From an uncultured Methanoregulaceae archaeon (GTDB lineage: Archaea; Halobacteriota; Methanomicrobia; Methanomicrobiales; Methanospirillaceae), in contig OY970343.1 of NCBI GenBank assembly GCA_963717525.1, forward strand, positions 1,568,001 to 1,632,000: a stretch of DNA of 64,000 bases. Direction: 5' to 3'. Within the stretch, counting starts at the first letter, position 1. Each line of letters starts with the position of its first letter. The position numbers were made by a program, and so were the translations under genes. Positions 9,788 to 21,675 of this stretch are shown piece after piece. The notes beneath the pieces are model-generated. The model worked only from the letters and a program-made list of their open reading frames with translations. It was not told the origin of the DNA and did no database searches.

Positions 9788-10774
9788 TTATACAACGTAC
9801 TTGCCGAGCAGGCGGATAGAGGTGGTCATGTCGGGACCGAGTGGTGAACCGAAGATGATCTGGGTAACGCCGGCCTTTGTGAGGTCGTCACACTTTGCCT
9901 TGACCATTTCAGGGGTACCTGCAATGGTGAATGCGTCGATCTCCTTGTCACCCACAAGCTCTCCAACGGTCTTGAAGTCGAACTTTCCGAGCGCTGCCTT
10001 GATCTTGGCGACATTGTTGAGGTCAAGACCGTGGCGGGTGAGCAGCTCGGGCGGTGATCCTGCGGCGATAAATGCAGCAACAATCTTTGCTGCATTGCGT
10101 GCCTTCTTCTCGCTCCGGTCGATAGACATGGCGGTGTACGCACCGACATCAAAGCTCTTCTTGCCAGCTGCATCGCTCGCCTTCTTGATGATCGGGATAG
10201 CGATGTGGAAGTCCTTCGGGTTGGATGCGTTGATCAATGCACCGTCTCCAATCTTTCCGGCGAGCTCAAGAACCTTGGGGCCCTGAGCACCGATGTAGAT
10301 TGGAACGCCCTTCTTTCCGGGAAGGGTAACGCCGGTCAGCTTCGCACCATCGTAATCAAAGAACTTCATGCCGGACTTGTTAACCTGTTCACCGGCACAG
10401 AGTTTCCGGATCTGCATAACTGCCTCCTCGAGACGGGCGACCGGCTTCTCACCCTGAATACCGATCTTCGGGAGCGTCGAGAGGTCACCGGGTCCGATAC
10501 CGAGTGTTGCACGCCCATCGGAGATCTCGTTCAATGTGCAGAAGAACGATGCCATAGCGGCCGGTGTATCGGTAAACGAGTTCATGATACCCGGACCCAT
10601 CTTAAGGGTACTGGTTGCCTGTGCTACAGCGGCAAGGACTGCATAGCAGTGACGGTTGTTATAGTGGTTCGTGATCCACGCAAAGTCAATATCTTTTGAC
10701 TCAGCAAGTTTACAGAAGTTGACAACTTGCTTTACATTGACATTTCCTGGTACAAATTCAATTCCATATGTCAA
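9788..10774 (-). CDS. mer: 5,10-methylene-H4MPT reductase
   Basis: YGIEFVP, WITNHYNNR, LGIGPGD, IYIGAQGPK, GALINASNPKD, GSPLGPD; TTG start. Confidence 0.96.
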   Translation of the reverse strand: MTYGIEFVPGNVNVKQVVNFCKLAESKDIDFAWITNHYNNRHCYAVLAAVAQATSTLKMGPGIMNSFTDTPAAMASFFCTLNEISDGRATLGIGPGDLSTLPKIGIQGEKPVARLEEAVMQIRKLCAGEQVNKSGMKFFDYDGAKLTGVTLPGKKGVPIYIGAQGPKVLELAGKIGDGALINASNPKDFHIAIPIIKKASDAAGKKSFDVGAYTAMSIDRSEKKARNAAKIVAAFIAAGSPPELLTRHGLDLNNVAKIKAALGKFDFKTVGELVGDKEIDAFTIAGTPEMVKAKCDDLTKAGVTQIIFGSPLGPDMTTSIRLLGKYVV

Positions 10775-11097
10775 GGCTTGTTCACCTCATGGAGTATTAC
10801 CGTCCGCGCATTTAAATAAATTATCATTTAACGTTGTGCCCGGTGGATAAGCGGCATGGATTCATGCCCGATGCTCGATATTTAGCAATCATAGGGCGGA
10901 AAAGAGTGGCAAATCCGGGAAAAACGCAGGATGAGATCAATATTCAAGCCCCGATTTCGGGTTTACCGGCCCAACAGCCAGGAACGACCGGTATACATTT
11001 TTAGATGAGTATATCCTATAAGATATTGAACTTCAGGAGAGAATAATTAATCAGCTGTATACAGGATACTACACGGGGTATCCTGAAGGAAGAACTC

Positions 11098-13411
11098 ATG
11101 CGGATAATTGCAATTGGCGTGGGAGGCGCCGGCTGCCGGATTGCCGAAGCCCTCTATGCCAATGACCGGAAAAGCAGTAAAGTTACGTGCGTCCAGGCGC
11201 TTGCCGTCGATATTGATAGCGATGCACTAGCGCAGCTGCCGGCGCTCCCTGAACAGGCAAAGATCGATTTTTCGGCAGTTGAGCCTGCTATTTCAAATAC
11301 GGGACTTGAATCTCCCCAGCCCGCAACGATTGACATAGGGGAGATCATGGCCCGCATCCAGAATCTGGAGAGAGGAGAGACCGATGCCATCCTGATCTGT
11401 TGCGGCCTCGGCGGCAGGCTGACGGATGCGGTGCCGCAGCTCATCTCTGCACTCAGGGCATCAGTCACCGAACCGATCCTCGGTCTGGTCACCCTGCCTG
11501 CCCTTTCAGAGGGGGAGAAACGGTCGGCAAAAGCAGCAGATGATATCGATGCCATATCTCCCTTGCTTGATGGAACTATCCTTTTTGATAACGAGACCTG
11601 GTTAAAGAAGACCGCTGCCCGCCGCGATGCGCTGGTTGAGGAACTATCCAGAGGACCCGGCCTCTTTGGAAGGGGCAGGAACCAGCCAAAACTGACTGCC
11701 CAGGAAATCACGTATAAGCTCCTCAACCAGAGCATAATCCGGAGGATCAGCCTTATCCTGCGGGCCGGGGAGTTCCGGGCCGACGGGGGTATCGATCTCG
11801 CCGAGGTCGTGATGGATTCGAGCGAAGTGCTCAACACCATAAACGGGATGGGGTTCATCTCGATTGGATATGCCGTGGAGCGGTTGTCCCAGGGGCCGCT
11901 GGCATTTCTTTCACGGTTACGCACGGCCAATGCAGCTCTGGAACAGAGAAAGAGCGCAGAACGGATCATCGGACTTGCCAAGCAGGCCATCTACCAGGAG
12001 GTCTCTATCCCCTGCGACATGACCAGTGCCGCAAAAGCGTTGATCCTTGTAGCCGGCCCGTCCCATGAGATATCGATGAAAGGTTTCATGATCGTCCGTA
12101 AATGGATTGACCGCAGCATTGCAGGAATGGAGATGAGATCCGGTGATTACCCGGTCACCAACTCAGAGAACGTAGCAATCATTGTGGTCCTGAGCGGGCT
12201 TGAAAACATCCCGCGGATCACCGAGATCCGGGAGATCCGGGAGCAGTACCGGACCGGTGTCTCCCCGGGCACCGCCTCATCCCTTAACCTCCCGCCGGTT
12301 GGAGACCTGCGAAAAGCCGGTGGGGCACCGGAGATCAGAGCAGTGTGGAGTGGTACAGAACTCAGAGATGAGATGATCAGTCTGCCGGGAGAGAGGTCCA
12401 AAAAGAGAAGTACCCCCCATCATCCTGATGACGAGCCTGGCCGTTATCCGGATACTCCTTTACCACCGGTCCGGGCACCTCCATCACCTCAACCGGTCAG
12501 TTCACGGCAGCAGGGAGGACGTCCACGCATTCTTGAAGAAAGAGGAAAACCGGGCAGTGACAAAAACCCCATCCTTTCCTGAAGAATATGAAATACCCGG
12601 AAAACCTGCCATATCACAGAGATCTCCGCCTGTTGCGGTCCCGGTCAAGGGAGAGGAAGAGTCTTATCACCCCCCGCATAAGGAAGTTCATGGCATAGTA
12701 TACCCGGGGAATGACAGCCAGCACCCTGTGAAGAGATCACTTGAGTCGGGATACGAAGGGAACCTTCCGCTGAAACCCACACCGGTAATGAACAGGAATC
12801 CGGATCACCAGATGATTAAGCGGTCTCTGCAGGAGAAGCAGAAAATCATAAAATCCGGGATTCCTGACCGCAGGGACCATCAGGTAACCCCGGTAGAGGC
12901 CCGGTCCTTACCACCGGAGACGAAAACCATTATCCGGAGAATTACCGTAAAGACACCGGTTTCCGGGGCTGCAACTCCTGTTCAGCCGGTGGCAAAGGCA
13001 CCTGCAAAGACTGAGAGAACGATCATCAGGCAAAGGAAAAAGGAGACGGGGACTGATGAGGGATTGGCGTACGAGGAGCCCGTCAGCCAAAAAGACACTG
13101 TCCGTCAGGAAGAGCTCGAGCTTGCCATAGAAATGGAAAACTTCTCTTCACCAGCTCCTCCGGAAGAGATGAAAATCGGCATCAAAGATCGTCTCCAGCC
13201 GGTGCGTGACGAGATCTTCCAGGGAAAATCTGTCTCGCTCAAAGAGCCGTTGCGGGTAAAAGACGGTGCGCTGCTCCACACGGAGATCAAAACAAAAAAA
13301 GGCAGGCCAGGCACAGAGGACGAGGGATCCGCCGGAGAGCCTGGAAGCAATTTCCCCTCTCCCACGAAGAAGACCGGAAAATCATCTGTGCAGGAGGATG
13401 AAATTTCCTAA
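11098..13411 (+). CDS. Tubulin/FtsZ superfamily (CetZ-like) protein with a long low-complexity C-terminal tail (apparent frameshift about 12520-12575)
   Basis: IAIGVGGAGCRIA, FDNE, EVVMDSSEVLNT, RSGDYP, VVLSG. ORF 11098-12582 overlaps ORF 12428-13411; both are P/E/K-rich around the junction, so one gene is inferred. Confidence 0.75.
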
Positions 13412-13413
13412 AG

Positions 13414-14367
13414 TCAGCGATCGATATCCACCACTTTTGAGAAGGGGATATTTCCGGCGCCGATCTCCGTCCGGATCGCAATACCCTGTTCAACGCAGTT
13501 ACCGATATGGTTGAGGCCGCTGTATGCGACGATCGAGAGCCGGTAGGGATTGTCCGGCAGGTTGAATACCTGGTTACCCATGGTGACCGGATAGACAAAA
13601 CCACAATCGTTCATCAGCCGGATTGTTTCCTCGATGTCGTTTCGTGCCGAGCTGGGGACTTCGCGGACATTCGCGAGAGCGATGCCGGTCTTTGTACGGG
13701 CAAAATCATGGATAGAGGTCAGGCCCGAGGAGATGAAGAGTTCGAGGGGATCGATGGTGGTTCCCCGGTACCCGATCAGGTCGCGGAACCGTCGGGGCAC
13801 ATTCTCCTCGATCTCCAGTCTCCCGCCATACGCCATCTTTACCGGGATACCATTCCTCTGGAAAAGGCCGTCCATCGTGATACTGCACAGGGTGATTACC
13901 CCGACACAATCCGGGGGCACCCGGGGATCGTGATCGAGAATCCGGTAGGAGTTAAAGAACCCGCACCCGGCCTGGATGACCTCGTCAAATGCCCGGAGAG
14001 CCCGGTCAAGATCGTTTTTATGGACAAAGGAGAGATTGTATGCCACGTCCCCTGTTCCCGTTGCAGGATCAAAGGTGCTCCGGTACGCGAGCCGTTCAAG
14101 TTTAGAGATGATAAACCCGATCCGGTCATCGACGAGCGCATTATCGGTTTCCAGAAGACCGGCCGGTGTCAGGATCCGGCCCTGGTTCCCTATCTTCCCG
14201 GTAAATCCCATCGAGTCCAGATAGCTGAGGTAGTACTGGACGGCCCGGTCGCTTAAGACAAACCCCCGTTCTGCCATCAGTTCCGAGAGCCGTTTTGCCC
14301 CGACCGGATCACGGTGCTCCTTTAAGATGCGCAGGATCTCGATGTACTTGCGTTCAGTTCGTATCAT
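13414..14367 (-). CDS. NrpR-family regulator (wHTH plus a single NRD/DUF128 domain)
   Basis: EILRILKEH..PVGAKRLS...RAVQYYL; TLCSITMDG; YRGTTIDPLELF. Confidence 0.85.
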   Translation of the reverse strand: MIRTERKYIEILRILKEHRDPVGAKRLSELMAERGFVLSDRAVQYYLSYLDSMGFTGKIGNQGRILTPAGLLETDNALVDDRIGFIISKLERLAYRSTFDPATGTGDVAYNLSFVHKNDLDRALRAFDEVIQAGCGFFNSYRILDHDPRVPPDCVGVITLCSITMDGLFQRNGIPVKMAYGGRLEIEENVPRRFRDLIGYRGTTIDPLELFISSGLTSIHDFARTKTGIALANVREVPSSARNDIEETIRLMNDCGFVYPVTMGNQVFNLPDNPYRLSIVAYSGLNHIGNCVEQGIAIRTEIGAGNIPFSKVVDIDR

Positions 14368-14807
14368 GCCTCTTTTGCTCCCACCGCACCCGTACTGTCC
14401 TGGTATCGCCCGGCATATCGATCGCTCCCGTTCCTTACTTCGTGCAGGATCATCTGCACAATACGTTCTGACCGGTGGATCTCGATATCCTTCGACCCCA
14501 TGTTTGTCAGGCAGAGGGTCAGCTGGCCCCGGAATCCCGGGTCGACAAAACCTGCTCCCATCAGTACTCCCCGCCTTCCAAACGATGACCGGCAGCGAAG
14601 TGTCCCGGCAACATCCGGGGGCAACTCAACCCATTCCATGCTCGGTACAAGCATGCATGTGCCCCGGGCCAGACAAATATCATCTGCGGCACGAAGATCG
14701 TAGGATGCGGGCTGCTGGCATTCCGCGGCATAGGGAGTGATTCCCAGTTTTTCCTGTGCCTGTTCACTGTAGAGCCGGCGGGTAATCTCCTGCGCAGACA
14801 GTATCAT
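14364..14807 (-). CDS. dcd: dCTP deaminase / dUTPase family protein
   Basis: QPASYDLR, RSSFGRRG, GFVDPGFRGQLTL, YAGRYQ. Confidence 0.88.
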   Translation of the reverse strand: MILSAQEITRRLYSEQAQEKLGITPYAAECQQPASYDLRAADDICLARGTCMLVPSMEWVELPPDVAGTLRCRSSFGRRGVLMGAGFVDPGFRGQLTLCLTNMGSKDIEIHRSERIVQMILHEVRNGSDRYAGRYQDSTGAVGAKEA

Positions 14808-14863
14808 TCATTAGTTTATCGGTAGAGAATGCTTAATATCTTTGGATAAAGATACGTTGGGAA

Positions 14864-14935
14864 GGATCCATGGGGTAGAGGACATCCTCTTGGGCTTCGA
14901 ACCCAAGGACGCGGGTTCGATTCCCGCTGGGTCCG
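14864..14935 (+). tRNA. tRNA-Arg(TCG)
   Basis: Acceptor GGATCCA/TGGGTCC; anticodon arm TTGGG-CTTCGAA-CCCAA; T arm GCGGG-TTCGATT-CCCGC. Confidence 0.93.
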
Positions 14936-15076
14936 TTCATTTGGCGGCCGGGAAACCGGTTGCGCAAGGCCGGGAAAATTTCCTGTATAGGGATCCGAAC
15001 ACCATGTCAAGATCTCGCGCTTTTTTCCCAAAGACAGGACGTCACCGTTTTACACGAGTGAAAAAAGAATATCTGG

Positions 15077-16465
15077 TCAGATTTCGTTCCTTTTTACTGC
15101 GTGGTGGCGGTTCCTGTGCCTGGCCAGCTTGATGAGGGCGTACAGGAAAAGCACGATAAGAATACCAATACCGATAAGGGTCACATATCCCCAGCCCGTA
15201 TTCTTTTGGAGCGTTATGGTAAGGGGGGTTGTCGTATTCCCAAGAGGGATCTCCTGCTGGACCATCTGGGGGAGGTACCCGTCGTCAGTCACAGTGATAT
15301 TGTAGGATGTGTTATAGGTGAGCTGCGTGTCCAGCTGGCCATGCGGATCGGTGGTTCCCGCAAACGCCCCATTCAGAAGAACGGTAGCATTCGCGATATT
15401 TTTCTGGTCTGAATCCTGGACATAGAATGTCTGGCTCACCGTGGCAAGGGAAAGTACCACCGGGAATTCACTGGCACCTGTGGAAATGTCGATCAACTGG
15501 TTTACCGGGGTATAGCCGGCCTTGCTCACGACAATGGCATAGCTGCCGGGGACAAGGTTCTGGAGCGCGGCCTGGCCATATGCACTCGTGGTTGCTACTA
15601 CCGTACCATTGACAGATATATCTGCACCACTGATGGACTGGTTCTGGGAATCGTATACAAAGACAAAGCCGTTGACCGGTACTGGAGTGAGCGTGATAGA
15701 ATCTACTGCCTGGTTGGTATTGATAGCGATCAACTGATTTACCGTCTGGTAGCCGGTCTTTGTAACCGCAACGGTAACGGGGACGTTCCGGCTTACAGGT
15801 GCAGTCAGGATCCCGTGTGAATCGGTCGTTCCCAGCAGCACGGAATTGACACTGATGGTTGCCCCGGATACCGGGGCAAGGGTGTTCTGGTCTCTCACGA
15901 TAAAGGAGTACTGGTTTACTGACAACAGCCAGTACTGGACATTCTGGTTCGTGGCGTCCACTTCAATCGTATCGCTGCGGGGCTGGTAGTTGGGTGCGGT
16001 CATATTGAGGGAATAAAGGGTAAAGGAGGTCACGCCGAATGACGCAGCACCCGTTGGATCAGTAACCGCAGTCTGGGAGGAGTTCGCAGACGTTAAAAAC
16101 AGGTTCGCCCCGGATACCGGTGCAAGCGTGTTGGAGTCAAAAAGAGAGACATTCAGGTACAGGGTCCTGCGGTTCATGGTGACCGAAAGCGTTGTGGCAT
16201 TAGTGCTCACTGTTCCCGCCCAGTCATCATAACCACTCATGGTGATAAGGAGGTTGAGATCCCCTTGGCCGGACTGGAGCAGGAACTGGCCGGCATTATT
16301 GGTCAGACCGACGTTGGTTCCATCCAGGAATACCGTTGCGTGGGGAATAGATGTGTTGTCAAGATTGTCCTGCACCGTGATCAGCAGGTTCGTTGCCTGT
16401 ACTGCACTGCAGAACGCGATAATACAGAGCAGCGCAAAAAGGAAACGAATACGAGATGCTTTCAT
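15077..16465 (-). CDS. Secreted, membrane-anchored protein with repeated carboxypeptidase-regulatory/PEGA-like beta domains
   Basis: Signal peptide; about 5 repeats of 'PVSGATI.VN...GTTD..G......KTGY'; C-terminal TM segment plus basic tail; many NxT/S sequons. Confidence 0.8.
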   Translation of the reverse strand: MKASRIRFLFALLCIIAFCSAVQATNLLITVQDNLDNTSIPHATVFLDGTNVGLTNNAGQFLLQSGQGDLNLLITMSGYDDWAGTVSTNATTLSVTMNRRTLYLNVSLFDSNTLAPVSGANLFLTSANSSQTAVTDPTGAASFGVTSFTLYSLNMTAPNYQPRSDTIEVDATNQNVQYWLLSVNQYSFIVRDQNTLAPVSGATISVNSVLLGTTDSHGILTAPVSRNVPVTVAVTKTGYQTVNQLIAINTNQAVDSITLTPVPVNGFVFVYDSQNQSISGADISVNGTVVATTSAYGQAALQNLVPGSYAIVVSKAGYTPVNQLIDISTGASEFPVVLSLATVSQTFYVQDSDQKNIANATVLLNGAFAGTTDPHGQLDTQLTYNTSYNITVTDDGYLPQMVQQEIPLGNTTTPLTITLQKNTGWGYVTLIGIGILIVLFLYALIKLARHRNRHHAVKRNEI

Positions 16466-16523
16466 AGTAAATAATCCCTCCCTGCTCGTATTTTATCCCA
16501 TCGGTTCCTGAATTCCATTACCA

Positions 16524-18049
16524 TCAGATTTCAGAGAGGGATGGCACCCGGTCAAGAAGCATCCCTTCCACCATTACCGGCACGAGATGACGTCCCTCTT
16601 CTACGGCCTTCTGGAGCCGCCACTCCCGTTCGGCGTAAATCGTAAAGAGCGGTTCACCGGCCTTGATAAGGGTCCCTTTCTTTGCATGCAGCAGGATGCC
16701 GGCCCCACGGTCATGGGGTGCCCCCGCCATACGCGCAAGCGTGATCAGGGATACGTTGTTCATCTCTACAATGTATCCGGATGCCGGGGCGTTGACCACA
16801 AACTGGTGCTCGCCGGGCATGATGTCATCTGATCTGACCTTCGGGTCCCCTCCCTGGATCTCGATAATCTGCCGGAATTTCTCCAGCGCTTTTCCCTTGG
16901 TGAGGATCTCCTGTGCCAGCTGGGTGCCGGTACCCGGGCCGCTTTGCCGGACATCTCCAGAAGGATCCCGGCAAGCGAGAGGCTTTTCTGGATAAACGAG
17001 TTGGGCTCTGTTGAACCTTCGAGAACCCGGAGTGCCTCTTTGACTTCAAGATTGGGGCCGATACTGTGGCCGACCGGGATATCCCCGTAGGTAAGGGCAC
17101 ATTCGACTTTCATGCCGAGACGTTCGCCAAGTTCGATGAACTCGCGGGCAAGTTTCCTCCCATCCTGGACCGTCGGTACCTTGGTATGGTTGCCTACCGG
17201 GATGTCGATGACCACAAGGTTTGCACCGACGGCAAACTTCTTTGCCATCACGCTTGCAAGCATCTGGCCACGGGCGTCGATCTTGAACGGGTATTCCTGG
17301 AGAATAATGCGGTCATCCGCCGGGGCGATATTGGTAGCACCACCCCAGACAATACAGCCTCCGACGTTCTCGGTCATCTCCTGAACTTCGTGCGCAGAGA
17401 ACTCGACCCTGGCAAGAACTTCCATGAGATCGGCGGTCCCGCCGGCCCCGGTAATAGCACGGGAGCTGGTTTTGGGGATTTTGAGCCCGCTTGCGGCAAT
17501 GATGGGAACCACAAGGAGGGAGATCTTGTTGCCCGGTACCCCCCCGATGGAGTGCTTGTCGACAATGGGGCGCGATGCAAATTTTATCTGTTCCCCGGTC
17601 TCGACCATGGCCCGGGTGAGATGCTCGACCTCGTCCATGTCGAGGGGATTGATATACGACGCGGTGATGAATGCGGTAAGCTCGGCAGCAGAGATGTCAT
17701 CGTTGACCACGTCTTTTATGATCGTCAGGGTCTCGTCTTTTGAGAGGCGCCCCCCGTCCATCTTCTTCTTGATGAAATCGAGCGACGCGGGCCGGTCTGC
17801 CTCCCTTATGTCAGCCTCTTCTCCATCGGTGAGATTCAGCCGCTGGTTGGTACTCCGGTAAACTCCGGCACTTCCCTGCCCTTCAAGGGTGGTAGTTGTC
17901 GCCACAACGGCAGTGACGGCTACGCCGTTTTTCGGGTTAATGATCTGTACCCGGTCGCCATCCAGCACACCAATACTCCGAGCATCGAGGCGGTTGAGCA
18001 GTATCCCTCGTCTTGTTACAATATCGAGAATTTTTACGGTAAGTTTCAT
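16524..18049 (-). CDS. deoA: AMP phosphorylase (thymidine phosphorylase family; apparent frameshift near 16933)
   Basis: [27 protein letters not shown]. Adding one base at GTACCC joins ORF 16766-18082 to ORF 16524-16820 ([13 protein letters not shown]...[10 protein letters not shown]). Confidence 0.9.
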
Positions 18050-18383
18050 ACAGACTTGCCACGCTCCAAGGATATCCCCCAAGCCGGGGAATGTGCCCCT
18101 GTTACTGGAAGATAGGACGGTTCATCATAAAAAATCGTCCCGGACCCGGTGAGGGGGAAATAAAAAAAAAGTTTATTCACTCAGGTTGGGACAGGCATTC
18201 TCGGTTATCCCGTTGACTGGGTGAAAATCCGAAAATGCGAAGAGCGACGTACTAAAACAGGAGGGGTAATGATGGCGGAGAACGTGCGGGTTTCCCTAGA
18301 AATCCGGTGATATCGACACGTCTGTCAACAGAATAAAAACTTCTGATTGAACCGGGTGAAAAAAGAAAAATTTAGATTTTAGT

Positions 18384-21103
18384 TCAGTGCCTGCGCACAA
18401 CGAGGAGCGCAACTGCACCGAGACCAATCAGGGCAACAAGTGCACCAAAGCCCGGCTGTGTGGGGGTCTTGGTGGGTGCTACCGTGGTCGGCATCGGGGT
18501 TGCGACCATTGTCGGAACAGTGGTCACGGTTGCAACCGGTGTTGGGGTTGCAGTCGGGGGAGCTGCCTGAAGGACGTTGAACAGTGCAGTGCCTGTTGCC
18601 TGCGGCTGGAGAACTTCCTGTGCCGTAACGAGGTACTCGTCGGGTTTGAACGTGGATGCGTCAACATCGAACGAGAGCGCGTTAAGACCGTTGGTGCCCT
18701 GCGTGACTGCCACAGTGCCTGATGCGCCGCTGAACTCACCGCTCTGGGTCTTATCAGTCGGCTGGAATGATGATGAGTAGACTGTGAAGAGAACGTTGTC
18801 ACCTACCGCGAGGTTGGTGGTTGCCGTGATGGTGAACTTGTTACCAACGGCCTGGTCGCCAACCGGGTTGATAGTGATGACTGGCGTCTCAACGAGGAAC
18901 TGGAGCTTCGTGTAGGTATCATCGACATTTGGACTGTTGATGGCCTGGACCAGTGCCTCTGCTGCATCGGATCCCTGTAAGCTGCCTGCACCGGTGAGTG
19001 CGAAGTCCTGAGTCGGGCCTATCGCACTAGCGGTCCCGGACGGAGCTGCAGTCCAGACATACGAGGATGTGGTGTCAGTTGCTGTCGACGGTGATGCCAG
19101 TGCCGGTGATGCATAGACATCGAATACGCCGTTCTGCATCGGGTGCTGGACAACGACGAAGTACTGGCCTGCGTACATGTTCAGGGTATCCGTTCCCTTG
19201 AGTTCATACGAGAACGAGGAGTCGGAGTTCACGGCTTCCGTTGTGATCATTGCAAAGTTCTTACCGAGGATCCAGATCTGGACACCCAGTGAGGGCTGAC
19301 CCTGTGCGGTACCGGTGACGTAGACCGGGTCACCCTGTGCAACGGTGGACTGGGAAGCGGTTGCGCTGACGAACGGCTTCTTGATGATGATGGAAACCGT
19401 GCCATACGCGACATCATTCAGGTCATCTGTGCCATACGGCTGGCTGACTGCATACACCGTGTAGGTGCCTGCATCCAGTGCAACCGATGAGGTTCCCCAC
19501 TGCCAGGACCATGTATTGTCACCGTTAACAGCGACATCCTGGAACGTGGTTCCATCCCCATCTGCTACCTTGGCGTTCCTCGGGTCAAGACTCTGGATCT
19601 GACCACCGATGGTCGGCAGGTTGGGGCCGGTGATGAACAGGTAGACATCGTTGGATTCGGTGTCGGTACCGGAGAACTGGATCTCTTCGCCGAGATAGTA
19701 GCTCTGGGAACCGGCGGCCACGATAGTGACTGCGCCCTTCTGGACCTGGACGATCACTTCATCGCTCTTGAAGCCGGTTGCGCCGCCGAAGTTCTGCTCG
19801 ACACGGATGGTGTACTGCTGCGCCTTGGTCCAGTTGGTCGTGGAGAACTGGACGGTTCTCGTGCCGGTCTGGTCGAGGGTTACGTTGGCGTAGATGAATG
19901 TACCGTTACCGATTGCTGCAGAGATGGGGCCGGCAGTTAAGTAGTCGGAACCATGGGCAACGTACGACCAGAGGCTCTTTCCACCGCCATTCTGGTAGCT
20001 GTAGTTACCGTTTACTGCATTCGGGTAGGCGGCATTTCCAATCGTGGTGAAGTCCGGACCAGTTAGTGGATCGAAAACGACACCGGCCTGGTTCGCGGTG
20101 ATGATGGGCGGCTGGTTGTCGTAGGTGCCATCCATTGAGGAGGTGCCCTTGATGAACAGGTGGTAGGTGACACCGGGCTTGCCCGTGATCGTGACCGAGA
20201 ACGGCTTGCTGCGGACAACAGAGTCAACGTTCGCGGAGAGCGAGACTGTGTTGGAAGTGATGGTGACCATTGCGGGCTGGCTGACAGTCGCACCGGTGTA
20301 GGTTGCGCCACCGTTCAGGTAGTTATCGTACATGCCGTTAAGCCGGGACTGGGCGATAACCGTGTACACACCGGCCGGGTAGGCGTTTTGGCCGGTTGAA
20401 TCGACTGCACCGGTCGACCAGTTGGGTGCGTAGTTTGCCGCGCCGGGCTGGTTTCCATCAGAAGTGCCCCAGAACCATGAGGGCAGGTTGACATTCTGCT
20501 GGGTAATCGACTTGGTAGTCAGGTCAGTGGTGTTGGCAAACAGTGCGGTATACGTGTTACCGGAAGCACTCTTTACCTTGATATCGACGTTACCCGTGTT
20601 GGCAGTGTTAATCTGGTCCTGCCTCACGGTAGGCCGGGTTGAGCGCCTGGTCAAGGTTAGAGTTGATACGGAATGCCAGGTAGTCTCCCTGGATTACGGA
20701 TCCACCGGTTGCCGTGGTTCCCGTAGAAAGATCCCAGACATCGACGGTGATGCTCGGTGCTGCTACACTAAATGCTAACTGGGGCGTTGCACCGACAGGC
20801 AGAACATACCAGTTGCCTGCGTATGCCGCCAGTGTGGGCGAGACATAGAAGCTCTGGTTGTTCGTGATCGTGAGTGTCTGCGACGGAGCGGTGGTGTTAA
20901 TCGGTGCTGCCGATGCCCACCAGCCGACCTGAGTTCCTACAGGAACCCAGGAAAGGTTCAGTCTGCTGTTCGCCGATATAAATTGTTGCACCCGGTGCAT
21001 AAACCGTGTTGTTGATATCGTAGTAGGTTGCCGATACCGGCAGTACTGCGACAAGAACCAACGCGACCAATGCAATAAGGGCAATTGTTAATCGCTTAGT
21101 CAT
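18384..21103 (-). CDS. Major S-layer glycoprotein with PGF-CTERM sorting signal (two apparent frameshifts, about 20962 and about 20615)
   Basis: Signal peptide MTKRLTIALIALV; IYIGEQ; YYLGEEIQFSGT; GQYFVVVQHPMQNG; Thr/Pro linker, then PGFGALVALIGLGAVALLVVRRH. Split over three ORFs. Confidence 0.88.
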
Positions 21104-21675
21104 TCGTTTTCCTCCAAAGTTACATCATACATTTCAAGCCGGAGAACCATTTCGACATTTGCCGAATAACGATTCTGCGAGCCCCATACTCCGTTTAAAC
21201 GGAATATGGAGGAATATTTGTAAAAGAGCCAATATATCCTTTGTGGTTGGATTTATTCCCTGTTCCGGGGCAGAAAACTCCCGCTTTCCCAATTTCACCG
21301 TATTTTTGGAGATTTCCCGGTACCCCATCAGCAAGAGTGGTTGCCGGTCTGCGGTATCTGGTTTCTTTATAGGCTCAGCCGGATTCGCGCATGAACCCTG
21401 ATAGCTGTTCTGTGATTACTGTATGCTTTGCATAATGTATAATGATACACGGTATGGTGATGCTGCACACGCAGGCACATTATATGTAGCATTATATCTC
21501 AAGAGGAGAACCGAAGCGGTTCTAACAGGCAAGTCCTGCGCCATGCGAAGGTGGAGTATCCTCTCGGTAAAATATTGTTCTCATGGTGGCAAATCCCGGA
21601 TGAGTGCAGGCGTTCCATGATCGCACCGGCAGCATATTGCAATACATATATGATACCGGAACCAACCAATGTCCC

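Noticed and set aside
12405..12420. GTAC-C6 as the site of the CetZ frameshift
   Set aside because: The original frame stays plausibly Pro-rich for about 40 more codons, so the shift is probably later. Not counted in the GTAC set.
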